NCBI GenBank assembly: GCA_963666285.1
Contig: OY762711.1
Length of the DNA stretch: 64,000 nucleotides
Source of the DNA: Sedimentisphaerales bacterium
Lineage (GTDB): Bacteria > Planctomycetota > Phycisphaerae > Sedimentisphaerales > SM23-30
Strand: one strand, 5' to 3'
The position numbers and the translations under genes were made by a program. Shown piece by piece: positions 8,196 through 19,500 of this stretch; position 1 is the first letter of the stretch, and each line of letters begins with the position of its first letter. The notes below the pieces were generated by a model. The model ran no database searches, was not told the origin of the DNA, and saw nothing but the letters and a program-made list of their open reading frames with translations.

Positions 8196-8239
8196 TCTTA
8201 CGGAGACAGGTTTTACAGGTTCGACTCCTGTCGGGCGTA
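8196..8239 (+). other. Prophage attachment site (attR): 3' half of tRNA-Arg(ACG)
   Basis: Anticodon loop TT-ACG-GA, 3' stem GACAG, T-arm ACAGG-TTCGACT-CCTGT, acceptor strand CGGGCGT-A. The 5' half (D-arm, CTGTC stem) is absent and replaced by phage sequence. Confidence 0.88.
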
Positions 8240-8245
8240 TTACTT

Positions 8246-8298
8246 AATAACCCTGTTTTTGACTTAAATCATTGATTTGACTCAAATTCAGGGTTATT
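8246..8298 (+). terminator. Hairpin downstream of the tRNA fragment (probable original tRNA terminator)
   Basis: AATAACCCTG ... CAGGGTTATT with an imperfect inner stem. Confidence 0.6.
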
Positions 8299-8770
8299 TC
8301 ATTTTACGGGAATATTGATTATTATAATAACTTATTAAACTGCAAAAGATTACAGATATTTAACTGTCTATGTAGTTTATTGGTAGATTCATTTTATTAT
8401 ATTATATTGCAGAGATTTCGAAGTTTTATTGTGTTTTTTCTATGCCTTAATAAGGCAAAACTTTATGATTTACTCAGTTTTTTGCCTTATTTCATTCCCA
8501 ATTTTAATCAAAAATTAACAAAAAATTTTCAAAATATTCAAAACTCAATTATTATCTTTTTATTAAAAATGATATAAGTCTATATAATGCAATAATATAT
8601 GTATTATTTGACGATAGTACAATTACTGTGTTGTTTATGGCAAATATCCTTGAATTGGGTATGTAAATTGTGTATATTAAATAGATAAGAGATTTATGTT
8701 AATTTTTCATTAGTATCATTTAAGTAGTAGATAGAAATCAGATTCACGCCCTTTTTAGTGTAGACCTATT

Positions 8771-9646
8771 ATGATCGTTATTAATAAATCAAATGTTTCT
8801 ATAGGTAACCACCAAATTCTTGGCGAAAATTCCCCCGGCATTGAGCTGCCAACCGGTCAGCAAATTCCAAAAGAAAATCTGCAAAATTCTGCTAATAATC
8901 AGAAAAAATCAAAAGATAAAATGCTAAAACGGAGATACGAGCTCAAATATCGTATTCCGGAAGCCAAAGCCAGGGCTATAGCTAAATATGTCGAAGATTA
9001 TATCCCGGTAGATAAATTTTCCAAAGATAAGGAAGATTATGAATATCCAATTTCCAGTTTATATTTGGATTCTCATACTTTAGATCTTTATAATGAGACA
9101 ATTGATAAAAAAGTAAATAGATTTAAGCTTCGTGTACGTTGTTATGATGACAATAGCGAATCACCTTGTTTCTTTGAGATTAAACGCCGTTTTAATAGCG
9201 TTATAGTAAAAGACAGGGCTAGAGCAGAGAAGAAAGACCTTGCTGATATTCTCCTGAATGGATGTTTTGTTCCATGCCAATTAGATAAAGACTGTGAAGA
9301 GACATTAAAGCAGTTTCAGTTTTATGCTCGTATGATTAATTCACGACCAATTGTTTTAGTGAGATATATTAGACAGGCATTTGAAGGCAGTTCTTCAAGT
9401 CGAGTTAGGATCACTTTTGACCGTAAACTAAGTTATAAAATGGTTAATTCTCCTGAACTGGTTGTAGGGGGAGGCGGTTGGCAAATGGTCCCAATGGATT
9501 TTGTTGTACTGGAAATTAAATTTTCTGATAATTATCCTTCATGGCTTAGTGATATGGTCAAAATTTTTGATCTGAAACAAACTTCAATGTCTAAATATTG
9601 CTCTACGGTTAAGCAGTCTTTTGCTTTAGGATGTAACAGTTTTTAA
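8771..9646 (+). CDS. VTC-domain (polyphosphate polymerase-like, CYTH/TTM tunnel fold) protein
   Basis: 'RRYELKY', 'ISSLYLDS', 'RFKLRVRCY', 'FFEIKRR', 'VRYIRQAF', 'VRITFDR', 'VLEIKF', 'SKY'. Alternative start ATG 8921. Confidence 0.9.
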   Translation: MIVINKSNVSIGNHQILGENSPGIELPTGQQIPKENLQNSANNQKKSKDKMLKRRYELKYRIPEAKARAIAKYVEDYIPVDKFSKDKEDYEYPISSLYLDSHTLDLYNETIDKKVNRFKLRVRCYDDNSESPCFFEIKRRFNSVIVKDRARAEKKDLADILLNGCFVPCQLDKDCEETLKQFQFYARMINSRPIVLVRYIRQAFEGSSSSRVRITFDRKLSYKMVNSPELVVGGGGWQMVPMDFVVLEIKFSDNYPSWLSDMVKIFDLKQTSMSKYCSTVKQSFALGCNSF

Positions 9647-9663
9647 GATAGGCAGGTGCAGCA

Positions 9664-10365
9664 TTGACTGAAAGAATATGGGAGGTCATCCAGAGAGCTT
9701 CTTCTGATGGAGCTGATTTTAGTGTTCAAGGTGTTTTATTATCCTTGTTGCTTGCATTCATTCTTGGACAATTATTAGCTTGGGTTTATTATTTTACTCA
9801 TAATGCCCTTTCTTATTCCAGAACATTTGTCCAGTCTCTGATATTGATCACAGTTGTAGTAGCTATGGTAATGTCTACAATAGCAGGCAGTTTTGTTGTT
9901 GCTGTTGGACTGATGGGTGCTCTTTCCATCATACGGTTTAGAAATATAATTAAGGATACCCGCGACATATGTTTTATATTTTGCGCTCTTGTTATTGGTA
10001 TGGCATGCGGTTCTCAAAGATATACAATTGCAATTATTGGGACGATATGTATTTGTGCTATTATTTTCTATTTATATCTATCTGATTTTGGTTCTCATCG
10101 TCCTCATAATGCTTTTTTGAGATTCAAGATGCCTGAACATATCAACCCCAAACATCCTGTAGTTGTAACTTTAAATAAGTTCTGCAGGTCTCATACTATG
10201 ATTTCTTCTCAGGATAGTAGCTTTGGAGAGGTGGGTGTTGAGTATGCTTATCAGATCTTAATCAAAAATGTTGCTAACAATGAGCAGATGATGAATGAAT
10301 TGCAATCTGTTGGCGGAGCACAAAACCTTAATTTAACTGTGCAGGAACAATTATTGCAAATTTAG
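9664..10365 (+). CDS. DUF4956-family membrane protein
   Basis: N-terminal TM helices with 'YSRTFVQSL...GLMGALSIIRFRNIIKDTRDICFIF..LVIGMACG' and a C-terminal ACT-like soluble domain. Classic neighbour of VTC-domain genes. Confidence 0.88.
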   Translation: MTERIWEVIQRASSDGADFSVQGVLLSLLLAFILGQLLAWVYYFTHNALSYSRTFVQSLILITVVVAMVMSTIAGSFVVAVGLMGALSIIRFRNIIKDTRDICFIFCALVIGMACGSQRYTIAIIGTICICAIIFYLYLSDFGSHRPHNAFLRFKMPEHINPKHPVVVTLNKFCRSHTMISSQDSSFGEVGVEYAYQILIKNVANNEQMMNELQSVGGAQNLNLTVQEQLLQI

Positions 10366-10374
10366 GAGCCAAAA

Positions 10375-11529
10375 ATGTCTATAAAAATGGGAACGACTAA
10401 TTTGCTGACAAGGTCATTGCCGGTGCTTATGTGGTGTGCCGCTTTAGTAGCTGTTGGCTTTCTGTTTGTTGATCAGTCAGAAACCGTCAGGTTAAAAGGT
10501 ATTGCTTTCAGTGATGAACAGGTGATCAATAGTGTTGAGACTGGTTACATTAGTTCTTTACCTGTTCAGTTATATCAGAAAGTCAAAAAGGGTGAGACTC
10601 TTGCTATCATCAAAGAGAATACTTCTGCTAAAGATGAATATGTAAACCAGCTTCTTATAGCGTCAAAGGCTACAGCTGAAGCTGAATTGGCCAGGCTGCG
10701 ATCGGAACTTGAAGCTGCTGAAGAGAGAATGCTTCAGGAAATGGCAGGTATCGAAAATGAACATTTTGAGATTGAAAGAAATCTGGCTTTGGATGTTGAA
10801 ACCGCCAGGCTCAATATGTTGGAGGTAAAGTCTAATTTAGAGCCTGATAAACTTGCATTGAAAGACCTGGAAGTTGAAATAGAAATTGTTAAAAAACTTT
10901 TAGCTGAAGACGCCGCTGAAGAATATGAGTTGCAAAAGATTGAAGCTTCATATGCAATTATGAAAGAAAAGGTAAAGCAGCAGGAAAAATTGCTTGCCCA
11001 GACGCAAAACAGTTATGAATTTGCCCAGATCCGTAAAGATGTTTTTGACCAGAAACATCCTTTAAGACCGAGATTGTCAGAAAAGGAATTAGCACCTATA
11101 CGCAAGGCTATCATTGTTCAGGAAAAGAAAATTGAAGAATTAATGACGCAGCATGACGTCCTGGTGTTGAACGCTCCTTTTGACGGTATTGTGAGTAATC
11201 TAGCTTATAAGCCGGGACAGACGGTTGTTCGCGGTGAGCCAATTATGACCATTGTAAAGCCTACTCCAGATACTATCACTGTATGGGTGCCGCAAAGTGA
11301 AATGAATAAGTTTGATTTGCACACAAAAGTTGAAGTAGTATCGTTAGATATTCCTAAACAGATTTTTGTCTCTCAGGTTTCAAATATGAGCGAATCGCTC
11401 GAACAGATTCCACAAAGACTCTGGCATGACCCGGCTATTCCTCAATGGGGAAGAGCACTCCAGATTCCTATTCAGCCCAATTTTATTTGTTTAAGTAATG
11501 AAATTGTTGGCATAAGATTAGTCCGTTGA
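10375..11529 (+). CDS. HlyD-family membrane fusion (periplasmic adaptor) protein
   Basis: N-terminal TM anchor; lipoyl halves 'SVETGYISSLPVQLYQKVKKGETLA' and 'LNAPFDGIVSNLAYKPGQTVVRGEPIMTI' flank a long coiled coil. Confidence 0.88.
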   Translation: MSIKMGTTNLLTRSLPVLMWCAALVAVGFLFVDQSETVRLKGIAFSDEQVINSVETGYISSLPVQLYQKVKKGETLAIIKENTSAKDEYVNQLLIASKATAEAELARLRSELEAAEERMLQEMAGIENEHFEIERNLALDVETARLNMLEVKSNLEPDKLALKDLEVEIEIVKKLLAEDAAEEYELQKIEASYAIMKEKVKQQEKLLAQTQNSYEFAQIRKDVFDQKHPLRPRLSEKELAPIRKAIIVQEKKIEELMTQHDVLVLNAPFDGIVSNLAYKPGQTVVRGEPIMTIVKPTPDTITVWVPQSEMNKFDLHTKVEVVSLDIPKQIFVSQVSNMSESLEQIPQRLWHDPAIPQWGRALQIPIQPNFICLSNEIVGIRLVR

Positions 11530-11552
11530 TTTAATTAGTTATTTTTTGCTTG

Positions 11553-13199
11553 ATGAAAATATTTTATAAAAAAATATTAGTAGCTCTGTTATGTCTAGTT
11601 GTGGCAGGGTGCAATAATGATTTAGCCGAATCTGTAAAAAAAACAGATGACCAGGTGTATGACATTATAGATAATGCCTGGGCTGATAATCTGGGACCGG
11701 CTTGTGATTATACCATTTCTGTAGATCCTAACCAGGTTGATGATCCTGATTTAACTATTGATTTCTCTAAAATCGGTATTTTGTCTTTGCCGAAGGCAGT
11801 TGCTTTAGCTTCAACATATAATCGACAGTATGCATCAGAGAAAGAGCTTCTTTATTTGACTGCCTTGGAACAGGTTGATGTTAATCATTTATACGAGCCT
11901 ATTCCGTTTGCCGGCCTGAACGGTGGGCAGGTAAAAGATGGTTCCGACGAAGCTGCCGGAGTTTCTGGTGATATAGGTTTCTCTCAGTTATTGTCAACAG
12001 GTGCCCGCATAGGTTCTAATATCAGTATTGGCTGGTTCGATATATTATCTGGCGATATGAAAAGCGGTCTGTCTACTATTGCTTCAGCCGTAATTACCCA
12101 GCCGCTGTTGAGAGGTGCCGGAAGAAAAGTTGCATTTGAGAATTTGACTCAGGCTCAACAAAATACGTTATACCAGATAAGGTCTTTTAATCGTTTTAGA
12201 AAAGAGTTTATTACTTCTGTAATCTCTGGTTATTATCAAGTTTTGATATATCAGGAAAGACGTCAAAATGCTCTTGAGCATCTTAATAATCTGCAGGATA
12301 CCTATAATAAGTTCCAGAAACGCGCAGTTGCAGGAAAAGTGTCCAGACATCAATTCGATCAGATAGAACAGGATATTTTACAAGCTGAATCTGAATATAT
12401 AACCAGGCAAAAAGAATACGAGAATGTGTTGGATACTTTCAAAACTTTAATGTCTGTATCTCCTGATACAGAATTAGAACTTGATGCTAATGAGCTGGCT
12501 GCTTTGAAAGATTCAATTTCTCAAAATGTTGATATGTTGTCAATAGACCAATCCATTGATATAGCCTTAAATCAACGACTGGATCTTGCTAATGCCGCTG
12601 ACAAGGTTATTGATGCTGAGCGTAAGGTTGATGTGGCCGCTGATGCTATTCGTGCAGAGCTCAACCTGGTCGGTTACGGTCAGACTCATGCCGGTAATAA
12701 AAACAGGGGAGCGTTTGGTGCAAGTGTTGGTCAGCTTTCTCGGGCTCAAAGCGAGTTTGAATTAAGCTTGCAATTAGACTTACCTCTTGACCGGGTTGCC
12801 GAAAAAAATGCCTATCGCAGAGCCATGATTACTCTTGTCCGGATGCATAGAGAACATCAGCAGGTAACTGATGATATAATTATGCAGATCAGAAATTCGT
12901 ACAGACGAATGAAAGAGGCGCGGTCAAAATATCAGGTTGAATTACAAAATCTTAGAGTAGCACGGAAACGCACTGATAATTCAGTTTTACTGCTGCAATA
13001 TGGAAGAGCATCAACTAGAGATATGTTAGATGCCCATGAAGATCTATTTGAGTCAAAAGATGCAGTCGCAGAGACCTTAGTCGAATGTATAACAGCAAGT
13101 CTTGATTATTATAGAGATACCGGTATGATGAAAATTCGTCCCGATGATACCTGGGAAAACGAGATTCCAGCTCAAAATACCGTGTCTAAGTCTGAATAA
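11553..13199 (+). CDS. TolC-family outer membrane channel (lipoprotein)
   Basis: Lipobox 'LVVAGC', 'ITQPLLRGAG', 'LSIDQSIDIALNQRLDL', 'LQLDLPLDR', 'YGRASTRDMLDAHEDL'. Confidence 0.88.
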   Translation: MKIFYKKILVALLCLVVAGCNNDLAESVKKTDDQVYDIIDNAWADNLGPACDYTISVDPNQVDDPDLTIDFSKIGILSLPKAVALASTYNRQYASEKELLYLTALEQVDVNHLYEPIPFAGLNGGQVKDGSDEAAGVSGDIGFSQLLSTGARIGSNISIGWFDILSGDMKSGLSTIASAVITQPLLRGAGRKVAFENLTQAQQNTLYQIRSFNRFRKEFITSVISGYYQVLIYQERRQNALEHLNNLQDTYNKFQKRAVAGKVSRHQFDQIEQDILQAESEYITRQKEYENVLDTFKTLMSVSPDTELELDANELAALKDSISQNVDMLSIDQSIDIALNQRLDLANAADKVIDAERKVDVAADAIRAELNLVGYGQTHAGNKNRGAFGASVGQLSRAQSEFELSLQLDLPLDRVAEKNAYRRAMITLVRMHREHQQVTDDIIMQIRNSYRRMKEARSKYQVELQNLRVARKRTDNSVLLLQYGRASTRDMLDAHEDLFESKDAVAETLVECITASLDYYRDTGMMKIRPDDTWENEIPAQNTVSKSE

Positions 13200-13502
13200 T
13201 TTGATTTTAGTCCGTTTATTCGCTTTTTTACCAATTATAATAAACTGGCTTCCTGATTAATACGATATAAATCAAATGTTTATATTCTATTTTTTTATAG
13301 ATATTTAAGTGAATATTTGTTTATATATTAAATATGTAATCAAGAGTCGTATTTTCTTTTTACGATTCATTTATTATATGATTTGTGTTTATTTATGAGG
13401 AGATTCACTAAGCAAAGGTTACGCTATTTTTTCATATTTTAAACAAATAATGTTCATATATGAACCAGGCTAGTGTGTTCTTAAAGAAGGAAAAGAGGTA
13501 AC

Positions 13503-16500
13503 ATGAGAAGTTTAGTCAGAATTGTTGTTGTAATAGGATTGTTATGTTTTTCAGTTAATGCTGAATTAGTGCATCGATACAGTTTTTCCAGCGATGCTTC
13601 TGATTCAGTCGGTAGTGCTGATGGTGTTTTGGTCAACAATGGAGTTGATGCATATTATACCGGTTCATCCCTTGAAATGGGAAATACTGAGCAGCCAAAT
13701 TCAAACAGTACTCAACTTAACTATGTAGACTTGCCAAACGGTATTATTTCCAGTCTTGGCTCCGGGGCGACATTTGAAGCCTGGGTTACCTGGCATGGAC
13801 CTTCAACTTCATCCTGGCAGAGAATATTTGATTTTGGGACAAGTGATGCCGGAGAAGACTTAGCTACCGGCGGAACAAATTCTACATATTGTTTTATGTC
13901 TCCTTATTCAGGAAGTGGTACATATAGATTTGGACATCGTCGAGGAGCTGAATTAGGTGATGTTGTTGAGAATGTTATTGATTCTGCTACCTTGTCGGTA
14001 AATACTGAGGTACATGTAGCTGTTGTCTGGGACGATGTATTAGAGACTGTATATATGTACCAGGATGGTCAACTGGTTGCAAGCGGACCGTTGATTGTTA
14101 AGCTTGCTGATATACCTGATGTTAATAACTGGCTGGGACGCTCGCAATGGGCGGATACTGCGTTTAACGGCAGTTATAATGAGTTTCGTATATATAATGA
14201 AGCTTTAAGTAGTGGAATGATACAGGCCAGTTATGAATCAGGACCGGATTCTCCGATTACTACTTATATGATTCCAACTGACCCGTCTCCGGCTGATCAG
14301 GCAAAAACCGGGACTGCAACTCCGCTTCTTTCCTGGACCTCTGATTCCAGCAGCGATATTTCCAGTCATAATATTTATCTCGGAACAGATTACGCTTCGG
14401 TTCAAACTGCAACTACTGCTTCGACCGGAATATATCAAGGTCAGAGTTTATCAGGAAACACCAGCTTTCAGATTGTTAATGAGCTTGTTCCCGGCCAGAC
14501 TTATTACTGGCGTGTTGAAGAAGTAACTTCCGGATATACTTTTAGCAGTCCGGTCTGGAGCTTTAAAGTTGTGAGTACTAAGGCCTATGCTCCTCTACCG
14601 GCAAATAATGCTGATGGCATAGCTGTGCTAAACTCTATTCTGCAATGGCAGCCAGCTGAGGATGTTGTTGCTCACAGAATTTTATTGGGTACATCTGCAG
14701 GTTCGCTGCAAATAATAGAAGATAACTACGCTAATTCATCGTATTCTCTGGAAAGTCTTGATTATCAGACACAATATTATTGGCGTGTTGATGAAATTTA
14801 TGAAGATACATCTGTAGTTACCGGTAATGTCTGGTCTTTTATAACAAGACCATCTGTTATATCATGTTTGCCGGGTGATTTGAATGGCGACTGTAATGTT
14901 ACCATCAGCGACCTTGTGATATTTTCTCAGCAATGGCTCAATCAGGCTGGTTGTGTTGGTTATAGTGGTGATTGTGCCGATCTGGTTGGAAATGACGGCG
15001 TTAAGAACAATGATTTCGCAGTAATGGCTGGCCAATGGGAAAATCAAGGTGAATTTTCAGTTGTAATAAATGAAATACACTATCATCCTGATTCAAATAT
15101 CGAACAGGTTGAGTTTATTGAATTATATAATGCCGGTGTTCAGCCGGTAGATTTGAACGGCTGGTCTTTTGATGGTGCCGTGGATTACGATTTTCAGGGT
15201 GTACCGTTGTTGTATCCTGATGGTTATATTGTAATATGCAAGAATCAGGGAGACTTTTATACTAAGTATGGTTTCAGTGCGTACGGACCTTTTGAAGGTA
15301 AGTTAAGCAATGAAGGTGAAAATCTGATTTTAAGAAATGAGCTTGGTGATAAAGTTGATAGTGTTGATTATAATAGTGAGTTCCCTTGGCCGATAGCTGC
15401 AAATGGTGAAGGGGCTTCCATGGAATTGATTAATCCTCTGCTTGACAACAATCTAGCCGGCAGCTGGAGAAGTTCTGGCTTCAATCTAAATGAACGACCC
15501 GAGTTATCTTTTGGCTTACCTACACCTGGAGCTGTTAACAGTATATATTCTGCCCAGGTACCGCCTCATATTCGCCAGGTTAATCATAGCCCCAGTCAGC
15601 CTCTTTCCAGTGAGTCTGTCATAATAACGGCAAAGGTTACCGATCTTGATGGTGTTAGTAGTGTTGTCTTGAAGTATCAGGTAGTTACCCCCGGTAATTA
15701 CATCCCGGCTTATCTGCCTGTCGAGCATAGCTCACTTTTAACCGATCCGGATCAATTATGTCCGCAGAACCCGGATTTTGAAAATCCTGAAAATTGGGTT
15801 GCTGTTAATATGGTTGACGATGGCAGTGGGTTTGATGGAACAGCTGGTGATAATGTATATACAGTTGTTCTGGCCCCTCAAATCAATCGTACTTTGCTGC
15901 GATATAGAATTGAGGCCTCAGATACGTCTGGTAATTCAGTTCAAGTACCGTATGCAGATGATGAATCTTTGAATTTTGCCTGTTTCGTATATGATGGAGT
16001 TCCGGACTACGTCACAACCGATGCTTCTGTCCATTCCGATGGTGTTGGACATGCTTATAGCTCGGAGACGCTAACTTCGCTTCCTGTCTATACTCTGATT
16101 ACCAGGAACGAAGATTTATACGAATGTAACGGGTATAATTCGGCTGACCAGATAGACCAGTCAACAGCTTCTGCTGCTATTCAGGATGCAGGTCGAGCTT
16201 ATAACTGGGAAGGCTGTTTTGTATATGACGGCAATGTTTATGACCATATTGGATATCGTCTTCGCGGCGGAAACGGAAGATACAATAATGGGGCAGCTGG
16301 TAAACGCTCTATGAAATTCCGTTTTAACCGTGGAAATTATTTCCAGGCTCGAAATATATATGGTAAAAAATTCCCATCTAAATGGCAGCATCTGAATACT
16401 GGAAAAATGTTTGGTAACAAGATTGTTTGGGACTATTACCGAAAATATCCTTACGGCTTGAATGAAGTAATGAATATGCTGGTATTTGATATTGCTAATG

Positions 16501-19500
16501 TACCGTCAGCTCATACTTACTGGATGCATTTTCGTGTGATCGATGGCCCAACTGAGACACCTCTGGTAAGCGGCGGCCAATATAATGGCGATTTCTGGGG
16601 CCTTTATGTTGCCTTCGAAAATTATGATGGAGCTTTCCTTGACAGGCTGGGTTTGCCAAAGGGTAATTTATATAAGTTGTCTGATAAGGTTTATGAAGGT
16701 GAACGTCAGCTTCGTTATCAGGGACCGGATGCTGTCAGTGCTTCAGAAGATTATGAAAATATTCGCTGGAATCTTAATCATAACTCTACTGCTGAATTTA
16801 TTCGAAATTATATGGACTGTGGTGAATGGTATCGTTATCACACGGTAATCGAATCTATCAGGTCTTTTGATATTTTCTCCGGTGCCAGCTGTGTGCATTG
16901 TCTTAAGAACTCTGCCTGGTATTTCTATCCTGATTATACCGAAGCGAATAATAATTATGGTAAAGTCCAGTTTTTGCCGTTCGATGTTGATGATACCTGG
17001 GGACCATTCTTTAATTATGGTATTGACCACGGCAAAGCGGCTGTTCTTGATCAGTCTTTTGATAATGATCATGTTTTAGAGTATTTTGATCTGCAGCCGG
17101 AAAAATCATCGCTAAGACAGGAATATCGCAATTATATCCGCGAGTTCCGTGATCTGGTCTGGCAGCCTGAGGTGATTGATACGCTTATTTTGGATATGGC
17201 GTCAGTTATTATGGATTTTGTACCTGCTGATCGTGATCGATGGAAAGAAGATCCTACTTCCGGTGGTGCGATAGATAACGGTCCTTTTGATGACGGGCTG
17301 GCGTTAATGCAGCAGTTTGCATGGAGCCCTGGTTATTTCGATGGAATGTATTACTGGGAAGGTACTTCTAATCATTTGGACAGCCTTGCTGGTGATGAAG
17401 ATGATGATTCCTGTATTCCCTATACCCCGACTGTTAGCTATATAGGCTCAACTGGCTATCCGGAAAACGATTTATGGTTCCATACTACAGCTTTTGCTGA
17501 TCCTCAGGGAGTCGGTACTTTTGCCGCTATGAAATGGCGTATTGCTGAAGTCGAACCTTCTTCCGGACAGAGTGGACCTTATACTGTTAACCTGATCAAT
17601 AGTGAGGAAACCGATTGGAAATACTACAGGGCAATTGACAGCGGCCCATCGTATCCGGATGATGCGTGGACTGCCGCTGATTTTAATGACAATTCCTGGC
17701 AGATCGGGCAGACCAGTATTGGTTATGGTGACAACGATGACAATACAGACTTGAATGATCAGTCACCGGAAATGCAGGGGAATTACTATACGGTATATCT
17801 ACGTAAATCATTTGAGATACTTAATATGGATGATATTAGTTCTTTTGCTATGAGCTTGTATGTTGATGATGGTTGTATTGTATATATTAATGGCGTTGAG
17901 GTTGTTCGGCATTATTGCTCTGCCGGGGAAAAATCATGGAATTCAACTTCGGGCCAGACAGTAGATAATCCATCCTGGGAATCTGTGAAGCTTCTTTCTC
18001 CATACGACTATTTCGTTGAAGGTGACAATACAATCGCAATTCATGTATTGAATCAAGGGATAAACAGCTCAGATTTATCTATTGATGTCGAATTAACTGC
18101 GACATATGGAGGTGATTCGTCAGAAGCTCTTCCACTGGCACCACGGAAACTTGAAATTGATGCCCTATGGGAAAGTGATGATATAACAACTTATGACAGT
18201 GATATTTTAATGCCGGCAAATGGTGTCAAGCCGGGCCGCACATATCGTGTACGATGCAAGATGAAAGATGATACCGGCAGATGGAGTCACTGGTCGGATC
18301 CGGTCGAATTTGTCGCTGGGGAAGCGATTCCAAGCCCGCTCAGAGAACATCTTCGTATTACAGAGCTTATGTATAACTATGATGATGCTGAATTTATTGA
18401 ACTGTATAACAGCGGCACAGAGATATTGGATTTAAGTGATGTTTCATTTACCAGCGGCATAACATTCAGCTTTGCTGACTGTTTTATTCAAGCGATAGAG
18501 CCGGACAGCTACATATTGGTTGTTAAATATCTGGATGATTTTGAAGAACAATATGGCACCGGCTTCAATAATATTATTGCCGGTGAATATTCTGGTTCTC
18601 TTTCAAATGGTGGTGAAGTTATCAAGTTGGAAGACACCTGGGATGGCACTTTATCCGAATTTGAATACAATGATGCTCGAGGATGGCCTTTGGCGGCAGA
18701 TGGTGCAGGGCACTCTCTTATCCCGCAGGAATGGGCTATAGAAGATGAGCCGCTTGGTACCCTGAATTATGGTGGTAATTGGCGTGCCAGTTCCTTTATG
18801 GGTGGTTCGCCGGGTACTGCTGATCCGACTCCTGTTGTTAATGTTGTTATAAATGAAATTATGGCACACACTGACTTCAGTGACCCTGTAAATTACCCGG
18901 ACTATGACAGTAATGACTGGATAGAGCTGTTTAACAGCAGTGATTCTACGGTTATTTTTGATGGTAACTGGTATCTTAGTGATGAAAGTGATGAGTTAGA
19001 TAAATGGTCATTACCTGTATCTTCTTTGAATTCTCAAGATTATGTCAGTTATGACGAAATCTCTGGATTTCATTGTCCTATTAGTTCAGGATTTGGATTA
19101 GACAAATCTGGAGAAAAACTTTTCCTGTCATATTTACCGGGAGATGGTCAGGATCGTGTAGTCGATTGTATTGAGTTTAAGGGCCAGGAAAATTCCATTT
19201 CTATTGGCAGGTTTGCTGATGGCAAACAATATTGGTTTAGTTTTGATCAGCCGACAAAAGGCAGTGAAAATCTTAATCCGGCTGAGCATATTGTTATTAG
19301 TGAGATAATGTATAATACGGCAGATGGGCAATATGAATACATTGAACTAACGAATGTTACAGATTCGTCTGTAGATTTAACTGTTGATCTGCCTTTGGGC
19401 GGTGTTAGAGGCTGGGCTGTTGATGGTGCTGTTCAATATGAATTCCCTGCCAATGCTTCTATTAGTGCAGGTGAAATAGTACTTGTTGTTGATTTTGATC

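Larger units (their letters stand above)
1..8239. mobile_element. Right-hand end of a siphovirus-like prophage integrated at tRNA-Arg(ACG)
   Basis: Order tail tube, G/GT chaperones, tape measure, putative tail-tip genes, lysis-position genes, convergent tyrosine integrase, then a duplicated tRNA 3' half. AT-rich and CpG-poor; composition changes at about 8200. Confidence 0.92.

Noticed and set aside
8196..8239. Complete tRNA-Arg gene
   Set aside because: Only the anticodon loop to the discriminator base is present; no D-arm or 5' acceptor strand. Treated as an att site.
8380..8577. 65-aa ORF after the att site
   Set aside because: AT-rich intergenic sequence, TTG start with no RBS, composition typical of spurious ORFs.
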